IMG/VR virus record: IMGVR_UViG_3300021420_000018
Span: 32,001 to 96,000 of that record
From: a virus
Reading direction: 5' to 3' (one strand)
Length of the DNA: 64,000 nt
Made by a program: the position numbers and the translations under genes
Shown here: piece by piece, positions 17,985-29,243 of the stretch
Numbering within the stretch: the first letter of the stretch is position 1
Layout: each line of letters begins with the position of its first letter
The notes under the pieces: generated by a model
What the model was told of the DNA's origin: nothing
Database searches by the model: none
Seen by the model: only the letters and a program-made list of their open reading frames with translations

Positions 17985-18420
17985 CCCTCTGTGTCCCATG
18001 CCTGGAACGCGCCAACCGCGAGCGGGAGGCTTATCGCATCGTGGACGGCACTCCCATGTGCCGGCCGTGCTTCACGGGCAGCGGAGAATTCGACAAAGAG
18101 GCTAACTCGGAGTCACGGCGCATGGGCTGGTCGCACAGAGACTATACCCACAGGTCGGCGAGGGAACTCAAGTGACCGACTGGTTCTGCTTGGATTGCCG
18201 CTTCCCGACGCAGCTAAACAAGCACGGCTATTGCGCCCGCTGCGGCAGTGACGGAGTAGCTCCGCCAACCGTGCGTACCAAGACCGAGGCAGAGTACGAA
18301 GTGGAGTTGCTGGAGCGGCTGTATGAGAGGAGCGAGGGATGAGTTTCGATTCTTTGCTTTTACACCACCAAGTTCCAGGGGCGCGAGGCTTTCACGGATG
18401 GCCACATTATCTGCGTAGGG

Positions 18421-18735
18421 ATGGCTCCGAAGGACACTTACGGCGAGAAGAAGGTAACCCAAGCCATCCTAGACTTAATCCCAAAGAAGCTGCACCCAGC
18501 ACTTCGCGGCAAGCGGGGTAGGTCAAGTTCAGGACTCGACTGCATTGACTTTGAACCTAGCTGCCGAGTCCAAAAGTGGTACGTCGAGTTCATCGAGACG
18601 AAATATACAAAGCCGCGATTCTTTGTCGGCAACCCCCTTGGGAAGGACTGGAAAGAGCGCGTCTTAATTGCCAAAGAGGGGCGCCATATTGTGGCACTCG
18701 TAGCGCCGGTTCATATGTGGGGAGAGCTTACATAG
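18421..18735 (+). CDS. Hypothetical protein
   Basis: In the plus-strand run; true start probably further upstream. Confidence 0.45.
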   Translation: MAPKDTYGEKKVTQAILDLIPKKLHPALRGKRGRSSSGLDCIDFEPSCRVQKWYVEFIETKYTKPRFFVGNPLGKDWKERVLIAKEGRHIVALVAPVHMWGELT

Positions 18736-18972
18736 ATGGGTCGCGTCTGTTCGCGTGCGGGGTGTGGAACCATATTACTAACGCCTAACGGCTCGACGGA
18801 CTGGAAGAAGCGCTTCTGCTCGAAGGAATGCAAAACTTTGGATCTGCGCGAGAAGATGCGGGATAAGAGACGGCTGGCCAAGGATGCTTTGCAGGATGCA
18901 CTTGTTTCGCGTAACAAAGCACGCGCAGCCACGGACGAGACAGAGGTAGGGGAGATGGCCAAGGGTGACTAG
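18736..18972 (+). CDS. Small Zn-finger protein
   Basis: CSRAGC...FCSKEC. Confidence 0.55.
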   Translation: MGRVCSRAGCGTILLTPNGSTDWKKRFCSKECKTLDLREKMRDKRRLAKDALQDALVSRNKARAATDETEVGEMAKGD

Positions 18973-19150
18973 GTCCGATGAAGCGTCTACCAACGTATGT
19001 GTGGGTCTGTGAAGGCTGCGGAATGTGGCGGGATTGGGGAAGCGATACCGTATTCAATACGCAAGAACCCTATCTGGTGTGCCCAGAGTGCAAAAAGGTT
19101 ACTAAGCACTCTCAGTTCGATGGCGATGGCAATAAAAGCCGAGATCAAGG

Positions 19151-19417
19151 GTGACTAGGCCCGACTTCGTAGCTGTTTACCCCGGTCAGTGCGGCAAGTT
19201 GGCAATGTGTCGAATGGAAGCTCAAGGACAATGGTTTCGGATGCAGATGCTTATGTGTGAATCAGGAAGGTACGGCTACCTCTGTTCCCAAGACGGCTCT
19301 CCGCTACGGAGCGAGCTTGCCGCACGAGCGTGCGGACTCGACCTCTCTACTTATGAGCTAGGACTGGCAGAGCTAACCGAGGCTCGAGCGGGAAGCTCGC
19401 CGGGAAGCATTGCGTGA
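19151..19417 (+). pseudogene. Truncated replication-initiator-like N-terminal domain
   Basis: RPDFVAVYPG...AQGQWFRMQMLMCES.RYGYL resembles the RPxFQFYPGDW...ARGLW..ML.LM...YG.L initiator N-terminus; only 88 aa. Confidence 0.4.
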
Positions 19418-19519
19418 TCTGGCCTCAGCTTTGAAGAAAGTGTGTCCTGAAGTAATCCCGGCGATTATTTCCGCAACGCATCCGGAAGAGGAGTTTCTGG
19501 CGTTCTTGCGGAGCGAGTC

Positions 19520-19897
19520 ATGAGCGCCTGCATTTTTTTGTTTCTTCTGACCTGTCCGCGGTTTCACGCAGAGAGTACGCTTTTGATTGTGCAGGCCAGT
19601 GTGATGGCGGCCGATGGCGCCACGACCAGATCGATTGATGCTCAGTTAAGACGGAATGGCGTGCCACCGCCTTACGAACATAATCCAGTGGCTCGAGCCG
19701 TGTTGGGTGACTATCCAACGTGGCCGCGGATGATCGGTGCCGGCTATGCGGAGCTGACACTTGAAAGTCTGGCAATATCGGAACTAGCCAGATCCAGGCA
19801 TAAGGTCGTGCGCGGATTAAGATGGTTTGTTCCAACAGTGGGAATCGCGGGCCATGCCTTCGCCCTTGGCGTCACGATTGGAGGAGCTGGCCAATGA
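19520..19897 (+). CDS. Membrane or secreted hypothetical protein
   Basis: Signal-like N-terminus; D..TT...YEHNP motif; hydrophobic C-terminus. Confidence 0.55.
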   Translation: MSACIFLFLLTCPRFHAESTLLIVQASVMAADGATTRSIDAQLRRNGVPPPYEHNPVARAVLGDYPTWPRMIGAGYAELTLESLAISELARSRHKVVRGLRWFVPTVGIAGHAFALGVTIGGAGQ

Positions 19898-20966
19898 ACT
19901 CCTGGCTCCTAGTCGGTTTTAGCCTTATCGGTTTGGTGATCCTGTTTGGCCTGGGCTGGTGGGGAGATGGACCGCCATGGAAACGGTGGAAATAAACTCA
20001 AGGAGGCAGCCATGTCTGATCCGAAGCTAAGCATCTTCGACGCAACAACCGACAGTGCCGGGAATATAACGCTGACGCTTCGCATTGAAGCACAGCCAGA
20101 CACCACACTGACGCTCCAGTCTGAAGAAGAGTTCGTATCCGTAAAAAAGACAGATCTCCTCGCTTGGTCGAGCGCCTTGAAAGCTCTGCTCGATGAGATG
20201 GCCGGGTAAATGAAAGTCGGTAAACGCGATTGGACCGATGGCTTCTGGAACGTTTTCCGATATCGCGAACTGAGCGAGCTGGCCATGCTTGAAAACAGAG
20301 CCGTGAAGATCGCCGCGAGAAACAATATCGAGCTGAATGAACTATGCCTGATTTCCTTCAGAGGCAGACGCTTCGTGCAGTGGTTTGGCGTCAACCGCTA
20401 TTTGCCGTGGCCGAAATGAACCACGAAATGCGCAGACTCCAAAGAGCGAGCCGGCCGAGCGTTAAACGGTATCCCGGCAAGCGCAGAATCATCCGGATGC
20501 ACTGGAGCTGCGGCGTTCCGTTTTGTTCGCACCGGTTCAAGATCATGGCCTGGTTGCACCACTGGTGGGCGAGCCGATGAATCAGTATGGCGCAATCTGG
20601 ATTAAGCAACGGTCCGTCTTTTGCACGGACTCAATGTGGGCGAGCCGTGATGAACATCATCGCTGCGCCGGCAGATTTCGGGCGAAAGGCCAAGAACCTT
20701 CAGGGCAGAATCCAACGACGATGGCGGTATGCGATTGTCCGTGTCACGATGCACAGCGCAAAAACGAACTCCAAGATAATCTGGATCGTTGGGAGTGGCT
20801 AGTGGCACACAGGGCACCGCTCAATCGGTCGCCAGATCGGTGGATGGGCCTGAAGTGAACTTTGAAGGGCTAATAGTAACAAATCGCATTATCAGGCCAA
20901 TAACAGGGAATCTGATCGCATTTTGGGCCCCAAATGAGCCTTTTGACGCGTTTTTAGGGGTAACGA

Positions 20967-21338
20967 ATGTACGGAAGGGTAAACGAATCGGTGCATTTCA
21001 CCGCGCGCCAATGCGAACTCCTCACGCTTGTTGCCCGCGGCTGCGAGAATGACGAGATCGCGAGCCGCTTGCATCTGAGCTACGGCACTGTCCAGTACCA
21101 TCTGCACGTGCTGCGCGCAAAACTAGGGCTGCCAAACTACTGCGAGAGGATTTTATTTATCGAGCTCACCCGAGAGCTTGGCTTTGCCGAGGAGCATTGG
21201 GACAGTGCGGAAAAGTTTACCGATGACAAACAGCTCGATTTTCGTCATCCTACAGAGAATGGAGGGCACAAAAATGAATCCGATGAATCCGCTCACGTTG
21301 CTGTCGCAAGTGGTGGGGTCAGTGAGATTGGGCCATGA
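20967..21338 (+). CDS. LuxR-type HTH regulator
   Basis: FTARQCELLTLVARGCENDEIASRLHLSYGTVQYHL. Confidence 0.85.
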   Translation: MYGRVNESVHFTARQCELLTLVARGCENDEIASRLHLSYGTVQYHLHVLRAKLGLPNYCERILFIELTRELGFAEEHWDSAEKFTDDKQLDFRHPTENGGHKNESDESAHVAVASGGVSEIGP

Positions 21339-21543
21339 TCACTATGGATTCTTTGGGATCAATGGCCTGTTCGGCATCCTCATAGGGATAATCATATTCA
21401 TCGTGGTTGCCGTGATCCTGTGGAAGATTATGGAGATCGTCCTTCCCAAACTGGGCGTGGACGGTGGATGGATGCAGGTGATCAAACTGCTCATCATCCT
21501 GTTCCTGTTCCTGGCGTTCATGCACTTTGTCGGATTCTTCTGA
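21274..21543 (+). CDS. Small two-TM membrane protein
   Basis: SD GGAGG; two hydrophobic helices. Confidence 0.6.
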   Translation: MNPMNPLTLLSQVVGSVRLGHDHYGFFGINGLFGILIGIIIFIVVAVILWKIMEIVLPKLGVDGGWMQVIKLLIILFLFLAFMHFVGFF

Positions 21544-22288
21544 GCAAACCTAAGCCAGTTTTGGTCGTGGCCGGAAACTGTGCGCAGTTTGAAACCTGGA
21601 AGCGTACCAGGCCAGGCGTGCAGGCGGTCTTTTTCAACGGCAAATCGTCGGTCTCCGGTGTCGAGTTTTCAGAGATTGCCAGAACCGGAGATTGGTGGTG
21701 TAGACCAGGTCGCCGCGCTTGAGCGACCCGCCATCGTGCATATCGATGAAGAAGCTCAAGGAAAAACTCTGGCCTCTTCGACCCACTCCAGGTCCGGCCG
21801 TGTCCAATGTTGGCAATCGCCGCGAGCGTACCTGGCTCGTCTTGCGCACGCATCGATCCAAACACGAACCCAAAGGCGTTCCGCGCTATCACGTCTGGAT
21901 GGCCAGGTGGTGGGAACTGGAAGCCGAGCTGCGCATGAAACTATTCCGCAGCGCCGAGCGCAATGGCGGCCAACAAGCGATTCACGTTGTTCGCTACCGC
22001 GCGAACTAACGGGCTATTGACACCTACCAGTTTGATGGTATCTTCGCCGATGAATCCAGTACAAAAGGACCTAGATAACAGAGGAACACTTGAGAGACGT
22101 ACGAATCTCCGGATGCCCAAAGTCTGTCGAAGCAGCCTTGCTGCACGATCTAGCCATCCCTTTCTCGCTCAAAAACAGCCTGCGCCAAGTTCTTGCCCTA
22201 TGCGCTCCGCATGCGCTTATAGTTGTGGTCATCGAACGGCAGCCGGCTTACCGGCTCGCATCCTTAGCCATCAGCACAGCGAGGAAAC

Positions 22289-23377
22289 ATGAAAGAACTA
22301 CTGGCAGTGATTCTCTTGCTGGCCGCAACGGCCGGCGCACAAACAACCGTGCAAGTGCCCTACACCGGAAGTTCCACGGTAACCACGACACTGGCGCCGG
22401 GCACCGTCGCGATTACAGTGGTCTGTCCTAATGCGGCGACGGCCACTATTTCCGGGACGACGGTGACCTGCCCTTCGTCGACGCCAGGACCGGCGCGAAC
22501 CAAGCTCACACCTAGCGGCGGCAACGATCAGGCAATCATCTACGGGGCCGCAGCGAAGGGGCCGATCGAGCTTGCCTGCGGCGCAACTGGATGCGTGTTC
22601 AGGCTATCGAGTTCGACACTGCCATCCGGCGCCGACATCTGGATTGATGACGGTGTGACCGTACAAGATTTGACCGCATATACCGGCTTCGCTCATCTGT
22701 TCGCGCTCTCGGGATTAAGCGGCGTGACCATCGCAGGTTCCGGCTCTGCTACCGCGGGCAAACTCAGCATGCCTCTGACCTACGCCAAGAACTTCGGTGC
22801 CGCAGGATTTCCGGTGAACATGTGCATCTGGATGGAGACTTCATCGAACATCTCGATCTCCGGACTCAGGTTTGACCAGTGCGGCGGCGATTCCATCTAC
22901 ATCGGCAAAGGTTCAACCAACGTCCACGTGACAAAAGTTGTCTCCACAAATCCGGTGAGAAACGGGTGCAGCGTCACCGACCAGCTCACGAATGTTCTCA
23001 TCGACTACAGCGACTTTTCCGGAGCTCATAATAAAGCGGCCGGCATCATGGATGGCTGCGACGCGGAACCGAATGGCACAGGCCAGGCCACACCGAACCC
23101 GGGGCAGTTCACAAAGCAGGTTGTGTTCGATCACGACAAGTTCCACGACAACGGCCAGGACGGGATTTGTTTCTGCCTGTACTTCATGAGCTCGACCGTG
23201 CCGCTCGACTACACCGTGACCAACAGCGATTCAACGAACAACAGTGGCACCAACTTCGAGAAATCCAACTGGCCGTCTGCGATGACAGGGCCAGTGCAGT
23301 TTGTGAAGGGCAGCGGAAACACCACGAACGGATTTGCGGTTCCATTTCCTGGGGCAGGTGCAAAGCTTCGTCCATGA
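22289..23377 (+). CDS. Secreted right-handed beta-helix (pectate-lyase-like) protein
   Basis: Signal peptide MKELLAVILLLAATAGA; SNISISGL, GGDSIYI, RNGCSV, GCDAEPN, HDNGQDG repeats. Confidence 0.75.
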   Translation: MKELLAVILLLAATAGAQTTVQVPYTGSSTVTTTLAPGTVAITVVCPNAATATISGTTVTCPSSTPGPARTKLTPSGGNDQAIIYGAAAKGPIELACGATGCVFRLSSSTLPSGADIWIDDGVTVQDLTAYTGFAHLFALSGLSGVTIAGSGSATAGKLSMPLTYAKNFGAAGFPVNMCIWMETSSNISISGLRFDQCGGDSIYIGKGSTNVHVTKVVSTNPVRNGCSVTDQLTNVLIDYSDFSGAHNKAAGIMDGCDAEPNGTGQATPNPGQFTKQVVFDHDKFHDNGQDGICFCLYFMSSTVPLDYTVTNSDSTNNSGTNFEKSNWPSAMTGPVQFVKGSGNTTNGFAVPFPGAGAKLRP

Positions 23378-23967
23378 AGCGGAAGATGATTCAAACCAGT
23401 GAGACGTGGGGATGTTCGGACTGCGCGTGGTTATTCATTCCCAGTCCGGGACCGCCGGTCGGCAGGACCTTCGAAGAGATGAAAGACAACTTCCGCCGCG
23501 AGCGCGATAGCGCATTCGCACGCCACAACTGCAGAAAATATCCGCGGCTGGAAAAGTGCGCACCGCTGGCTTCATGAAACTCGCCATCGAATCCTGGTTT
23601 GCCTTCGCGGGATTACTGCTCATCTGGACATTCCTGATCCTCATCATGAGCATGGCTGGTTATGCCCCGAGGCGTGACTCCTTGGTGATGAACGCCACAG
23701 GCATCGCCGTGGTGCTCTGGGCCATAGTTGCAGCACTCGGCGGAATCGTTTATGTTCTGAACCATTTTACGGAGGTGTTCCGATAATGAGCCGCCTGGTT
23801 CCATACTGCGCCGAGTGCGATAGTCCGCTGAACGCGAATGGCACGTGTCCGAAGTGCCGAGACTCGGAGGACGAACAGTTCGTGGTCGATATGGAGTCGC
23901 GCTATCTTGCGCCGGCCGCTCCTGTCCGTATTGCAGATGTTTTGCGCCGCACACCGGAGGATGAAGA

Positions 23968-24432
23968 ATGAGCCTGGTTGAGAAAGAAAAAAGCATGCCA
24001 TTCGATAACGGGCCCAAGCGGCCGGACGGGCAGTACAGTCGCTATGCTGTGCTTCCTGAATCAGAACGCGCCAAAGGTTTTGTCCGGCCAGTTCGTCACA
24101 GCTACGTACACGTAGGGCTGGCTGTTCCAGCCAATCCGCTGCGGGATCTCACCGAAGAAGAGAAGGAACGGTACGGGCAATACGGCTACGTCCAATACGA
24201 AGCGTATCCGCCAAGCGAAACGTCATCCATCACCGGACGTTTCTGGACGCAAGCTGATCTCGATAAGATCGCCCGCGGCTGCGGCGTGCAGACAACCATG
24301 GGCGATGCGCTTGCCCAAACTTATGCGCGAGATCCTTCCTACTACGGCGCGACGTTTTGCTGCGGCTGCCACAAGCATCTTCCAGTGGCCGAGTTTGTTT
24401 GGGACGGAACCGACGAACGGGTGGGATCGTGA
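23968..24432 (+). CDS. Hypothetical Zn-binding protein
   Basis: GFVRPVR.SY.H...CG..TTMG..LAQTYARDP.YYGATFCCGC. Confidence 0.65.
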   Translation: MSLVEKEKSMPFDNGPKRPDGQYSRYAVLPESERAKGFVRPVRHSYVHVGLAVPANPLRDLTEEEKERYGQYGYVQYEAYPPSETSSITGRFWTQADLDKIARGCGVQTTMGDALAQTYARDPSYYGATFCCGCHKHLPVAEFVWDGTDERVGS

Positions 24433-24703
24433 GGCGGATAATCGTGGTGACCAACAACTTGTGTGCACCGTATCCTGGAGATTCGCAGCCTGACTACCGG
24501 GCCAACTGATTTTCCTGGGGCTCTGGAGATGGCGCTGGTGGACGCAGTGGCAGAACTGGAGCTAGTCCTCGACCAGGTGCGTCGAGTCGTTCCTGACGCT
24601 CCGTGAGTCTGATGTAAGCCAGGCAGAACAACAACACGATCACAGTGAACGCGGCCGATAGAATCAGCGTGAACATCTCTGATCTCCTTTTGTTTGTTAG
24701 GAT

Positions 24704-25060
24704 TTATTTGCCGACAGATTTCTTCGCGGCTTTAGCAGCCAGAGGACCGTCGTTATTGCTCGGGCTGCCATCGTATTCGCGGGCATGTGCGCTGGCCTTA
24801 ACGGCCGATGTCTTAATCATTGGGAGAAGCCAAAACTCAGCCACGTTCGCGGCATGCTCGGAACATCCGAACACACAACCTATGTCGGTTTGGATCCAGG
24901 CAACGACATCTTCGGATTCGCACGCGTAGCAGTAAGGTTTGACGAACTCGTTCTTCCACTGGAAGGTTTTGCCGCATTTTTCACAACTGACTTTCCAGTT
25001 CGGATCAACCGGCAACTGGACCCGAAGAGATACGCCGCACAGGGGGCAATAAAACTTCAT
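24704..25060 (-). CDS. Multi-Zn-ribbon hypothetical protein
   Basis: CPLC, CEKC, CYAC, GCSEH. Confidence 0.5.
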   Translation of the reverse strand: MKFYCPLCGVSLRVQLPVDPNWKVSCEKCGKTFQWKNEFVKPYCYACESEDVVAWIQTDIGCVFGCSEHAANVAEFWLLPMIKTSAVKASAHAREYDGSPSNNDGPLAAKAAKKSVGK

Positions 25061-25098
25061 GGTTGCAGTTAGGGTAGCATTCTGGCATTCTCCAGGTC

Positions 25099-25557
25099 AT
25101 GAAGAAATTATTGACGACCATCTCACTGCTCGCCTTGCTGTTTTGCCTGGGCACTCCTGCTCACGCGCAAGAAACGCTTCAGCTTCAACTGAAGATTACA
25201 ACCGCTGGCGCCCATAACGTTGTTTTGAACTGGGTGGCTTCGGCAGACGCTGCACTCAACCCAACCTTGGGCTATCAAGTCTACCGAACCGCGGGTCTAT
25301 CCACCGTCTGTCCAGCTGTGCCGCCTTCGACGGTGGCCGCCGCACTGGCATCTGGTTTCGTGGTGATTAGCGGAGCGACGCCGATTACGGCTGTAACCTA
25401 TACCGATCTCGGCTTTCCCAACGCACCACTGCCTCCAGGCAACTATTGTTACTTTGTAGCGAGTGTACTCTCCGGAGCGAGTTCACTACCATCGAACCTT
25501 GCGCCAGCTCCGGTACTTCCAGCACCACCGACGGGGTTGGTGCCTACCCCCAGTTAG
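25099..25557 (+). CDS. Secreted fibronectin type III domain protein
   Basis: Signal peptide; HNVVLNWVAS...GYQVYR...YTD...YCYFVASV...SLPSN. Confidence 0.8.
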   Translation: MKKLLTTISLLALLFCLGTPAHAQETLQLQLKITTAGAHNVVLNWVASADAALNPTLGYQVYRTAGLSTVCPAVPPSTVAAALASGFVVISGATPITAVTYTDLGFPNAPLPPGNYCYFVASVLSGASSLPSNLAPAPVLPAPPTGLVPTPS

Positions 25558-25642
25558 CTTTTTCTTTAAGATCTGTAACTCTTAAAAGTTTGTGTGCGCA
25601 AAATCACCAAACAGTTCTCTGGCTTTGGCATCGTATACCTCT

Positions 25643-25713
25643 GGGGCGCAGCCGGCAGTGAGCCGCTAACGCGACAGGTCGGCCACAAGCCGCTTCTCTG
25701 CTGCGCCCCTCCA
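25643..25713 (+). ncRNA. tRNA-sized stem-closed element ending in TCCA (possible tRNA mimic, or a terminator)
   Basis: GGGGCGCAGC pairs with GCTGCGCCCC, then T-CCA; no D or T loop. Confidence 0.3.
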
Positions 25714-25732
25714 GTTAATTCTCCAGAAGTGG

Positions 25733-26098
25733 TTAAGCCTTAGCTCTTTGGAACTTGCGGACGTAATCTAAAATTAACCCAACGAGTTCCGGATTCCGCT
25801 CAATCCATCCAACAAATGTATTGCAGCGAACGCAGAGCAAGGCACGGGCGCATTTTGCGCACGACTTTTCGCCTGGGCAGCAACTATGGTCGTGATCCAG
25901 AAACAGGACAGGCTTATTGGGATTGGCTTCTTCAGGCGTGCGCCGACATAGATAACAACGACCATCTTGCTCGGCAAGCTTTTGTTTGTAATATCCTAGT
26001 GGAACTCCATGGGCTCTGCAAAACGCTGCCTCAGTTGCGCATTTTCGACAAGATCCAGATCGCCAATTCGATGATATTTTACGAGTATTGCTTATCAT
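25733..26098 (-). CDS. Endonuclease VII family protein
   Basis: QDGRCYLC...LFLDHDHSCC...RALLCVRCN. Confidence 0.9.
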   Translation of the reverse strand: MISNTRKISSNWRSGSCRKCATEAAFCRAHGVPLGYYKQKLAEQDGRCYLCRRTPEEANPNKPVLFLDHDHSCCPGEKSCAKCARALLCVRCNTFVGWIERNPELVGLILDYVRKFQRAKA

Positions 26099-26111
26099 CG
26101 TTAGCCTTTCC

Positions 26112-26396
26112 TTAATCAGTCTGGTGTTCTCTCTTTTTCTCTAACGGTCGTCCGACGTGCCAGAAGCCGCACCATTTGCAGTGATACGCCTCTACGGGTG
26201 AGTGATGATTGCGGCGGATTCGTTCGACGACAAGTTTGGCCATAGGGTATGTGTAAGACTCTTTGCTGTCGCAAGTGGACCGCTTGATCTGCTCGTTCCG
26301 CACACGTTTGGAAATGGGCGAAGGGTTGCTGTGAGCGGCCATCTTTCTGGCCTTGTGCGCAGCAGCCAGTTCCATGATCTCGTCCCGCAGGGTCAT
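26112..26396 (-). CDS. Small Zn-binding hypothetical protein
   Basis: C.SK..Y...AYHCKWCGFWHVG. Confidence 0.6.
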   Translation of the reverse strand: MTLRDEIMELAAAHKARKMAAHSNPSPISKRVRNEQIKRSTCDSKESYTYPMAKLVVERIRRNHHSPVEAYHCKWCGFWHVGRPLEKKREHQTD

Positions 26397-27108
26397 GGCG
26401 AGCCCTTAGGTTTCTCCAGTTCGCAATAGAAAATATCGCGAGTCCACGACGTGAGTTCCGGGTGGGCCTTGTGTTCATTGGCGTCTAGTTCGCCCACGAG
26501 TCTCCTCGCTGATTCCAAATCGAGTCCGGAGCGCACGACTCTTGTACCGCGATAGTCTTTTTGGTTGATCGAACGAATGACGCTATAGGTTCTCATCTGA
26601 ATCTCCACATGAGGATAGGAATCAGCAGGAACAGGAAGATGATCGTTTCGATCCGCTGCATTTGGATTACCGAGTTGTAGCCGCTTCCCCATTCGTCGAC
26701 CCAGAAAGACGAGCCTAGTTTGCAGAGCAGCCAGGCGACAGACAGAAGCAATATAAAAATGGCGTTACGTAGCACCTTTTGAGTCATACCTGTTCCTCGA
26801 TAAACTCGGCCAGCTTGATGGCCATAGCTCTGGCCTCGTCCATGGAAGTCGCCGTTCTAGTTTGCCGGCAGCATCCCATGAGGACCCCGCACCAAAAGGC
26901 GAGCTGCGGATTAGGTTCCAGTTCAGAAGTGCCAGGCACTCGGCCGGTAAGCTGGTATTCGCGAAGCCATTGGCTGACTTTCATAGGACGGCCCATCGTT
27001 CCTGGTTAAATATATAAAGAGCGAGCGCCAGCGCCGGTATAGCAATCAGAGCCAGCCAGAAGGCGGACCAGAACAACCAGTCGAATAAGCTAAGTCTCGG
27101 TGGCTGTT

Positions 27109-27378
27109 TCATGGCAGTAATGCCTTGCCGTTTGCAGGGCTTCGCAACAAGCTGACCCGCCACCTAAGCAGGTACACGACTTCGTTCTGCCGCATTTCTG
27201 GCCGTTGCGCGACGTACTCCAAAACTGTGTCCAGCTCTTCCAGCCGGGCCTTTTGGTCGGTATCGCTGACCGTGTTGATAAAACTCACAAACTCTCGGTG
27301 AAGTTCCACGCAGGCCCTAGCCAAACGAGTCCTGGTGTCTTCCTTTGCCACTACCAGTTCATTTACGGTTTCGCTCAT
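27109..27378 (-). CDS. Hypothetical protein
   Basis: AGGGAGAATC start motif upstream. Confidence 0.6.
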   Translation of the reverse strand: MSETVNELVVAKEDTRTRLARACVELHREFVSFINTVSDTDQKARLEELDTVLEYVAQRPEMRQNEVVYLLRWRVSLLRSPANGKALLP

Positions 27379-27399
27379 TTTGATTCTCCCTTTGAGATT

Positions 27400-28755
27400 T
27401 TATTCTTCCCAACTAAAACTGGATGCTGCCGCCTCCTCGAATCTCGTTCTGTGATCGAGAAATACAAAGGGCACCAGATCGACGGGCCCACTGCGCTGCT
27501 TGGCGATAATCATTTCGGTTTGCGCCTTCTGTTCCGCGGAGATCTCGCCTTTGCTCTTGAACAGGTAGGGCCGGTGAATAAACAGCACGGTGTCGGCCGC
27601 TTCCTCGAGCCCGCCGCTTTCTTTGAGATCGGAGAGCTGCGGCCGGCGATCTTCACGCTCCGGAGCGCGGCCAATCTGGCTCAGTGCGAGCACAGGCACG
27701 GCGAGATCCTTGGCCAGCGCTTTGAGGCTGCGCGCGACTTCCGCGACTTCTTCGTGCCGGCGTCCGGGGCGCTTAGTGCCCGGAGAGACCAGCTGCAGGT
27801 AATCGATGATGGCCAGGGCCAAGCCTCGTTCGCGTTTCATGCGGCTTGCGCGGATGGCGATATCGATCACCGAGGATGATGAAGAGTCGTCTATCTCGAT
27901 CTTCCAGGCCATCATTTCGCCGATCACTTGCGCGATCGCGGACCAATCCTCGCGGCGAATGTGGCCGGTCCTCAGCAGGTGCGAGTTAATGCGTGCGCGG
28001 GAAGTCAGGAGCCTCGTGATCAGCGAGTCCGCCGACATTTCCAGGCTGAAGATGGCGATGGGCCCGCCGCCAGCGACCGAGACGTTCTCAGCGATATTGA
28101 GAGCGAGGGCGCTCTTTCCAACCGAGGGTCTGGCTGCCAGGATGATTAGCTCAGAAGGCTGGAGTCCGGACGTAAGGGCGTCCAGCTGGTTGTAACCTGT
28201 GGATAGGCCGGTCAAACGGCGCCCTTCGTGTATTATTTTCTCGATTTTGTCGCTGTAGTCGGGTATCAGCTTCCGGATCCCCACGAGGCCTTTGCTGGCT
28301 TGGGTGTCAGACAGCGCTGTAAATGCTGCGTGCGCTTGTTCAAGCAGGGCCGATGCGCTATCGCCTTCGAGCGCATTGGTCAATATCGACTGTGCAACAA
28401 AAGCCGCGGCACGCCTGATCGAGACATCTTTAACGATGGCAGCGTAGTGAGCAACATTGCTGATCCGCGGAACTCCATCGATCAGCGCCGATAAATAGGC
28501 TGGACCTCCCGCAGCCTCAAGATCCCCGGTGAGCTGAAGATGCTCAGTTAGTGTTATGAGATCGATCGGCTCCCGGGCGGCCGCGAGCTGAATCATGTGG
28601 GTTAAGGTTCTACGGTGGCGATCATCGAAAAAATCTTCAGCATTTACCTTCTCGATGACCGTACTCAGGGTATCGTTGTCGAGTAAAATCGCGCCGAGGA
28701 TCGCGCGCTCCGCATCAGGATTCTGTGGCAGATGGGGAGTCTCTTCTGGTTTCAC
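27400..28755 (-). CDS. dnaB: Replicative DNA helicase DnaB
   Basis: PQNPDAERAILG; LAARPSVGKS; FSLEMS; IIDYLQL; LSQ; PQLSDLKESGGLEEAAD; IAKQRSGP. Confidence 0.97.
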   Translation of the reverse strand: MKPEETPHLPQNPDAERAILGAILLDNDTLSTVIEKVNAEDFFDDRHRRTLTHMIQLAAAREPIDLITLTEHLQLTGDLEAAGGPAYLSALIDGVPRISNVAHYAAIVKDVSIRRAAAFVAQSILTNALEGDSASALLEQAHAAFTALSDTQASKGLVGIRKLIPDYSDKIEKIIHEGRRLTGLSTGYNQLDALTSGLQPSELIILAARPSVGKSALALNIAENVSVAGGGPIAIFSLEMSADSLITRLLTSRARINSHLLRTGHIRREDWSAIAQVIGEMMAWKIEIDDSSSSSVIDIAIRASRMKRERGLALAIIDYLQLVSPGTKRPGRRHEEVAEVARSLKALAKDLAVPVLALSQIGRAPEREDRRPQLSDLKESGGLEEAADTVLFIHRPYLFKSKGEISAEQKAQTEMIIAKQRSGPVDLVPFVFLDHRTRFEEAAASSFSWEE

Positions 28756-29216
28756 GCGGTCTTTCTCTGAAAGTTCTTCTCAAACCACGCGAGTCTCCGA
28801 CAGGTGTCGCTACAGTATTTTTGCCAAGGTTTTTTGGGCGCAAACTCTTTGCGACATCCTTCACAACGTTCCGAGGCAAAGGTCATTTTGGTCCGCCTTA
28901 TCTCTCTGCGTTTGCCATTAAAGCTAGGATTCAAAGACTTGATTAGTTTCGCTTCGTGTTTGAACGCCGCGTGTGCATTGTCAAAGAACTCTGCCGCCAC
29001 CCTAGTGCAATCAGGCAAGTGGACATTTAACGGATGGGACCGCGACAATGGCCTACAGAGGCCGTTTGCGCTCGCACCAACGTAGAAGGCTTCATCGCCC
29101 TTCCAGATCGTGTAAACGCACGGTTTTGATAGGGTTATAAAATCCCTGCTAGTCCAAGTGAATGTTGCCATGTCGTGCTTTGTCTTTGGTTGTGGCATGA
29201 TGCGTCTATACGCCAT
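28752..29216 (-). CDS. GIY-YIG-like nuclease with C-terminal Zn-ribbon
   Basis: CVY...FYVGAS...EAKLIKSLNPSFN; CEGC..YCSDTC; likely true start MPQPK. Confidence 0.75.
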   Translation of the reverse strand: MAYRRIMPQPKTKHDMATFTWTSRDFITLSKPCVYTIWKGDEAFYVGASANGLCRPLSRSHPLNVHLPDCTRVAAEFFDNAHAAFKHEAKLIKSLNPSFNGKRREIRRTKMTFASERCEGCRKEFAPKKPWQKYCSDTCRRLAWFEKNFQRKTA

Positions 29217-29243
29217 CGGAACGCATGCGTCAAGGCCTTAGCG

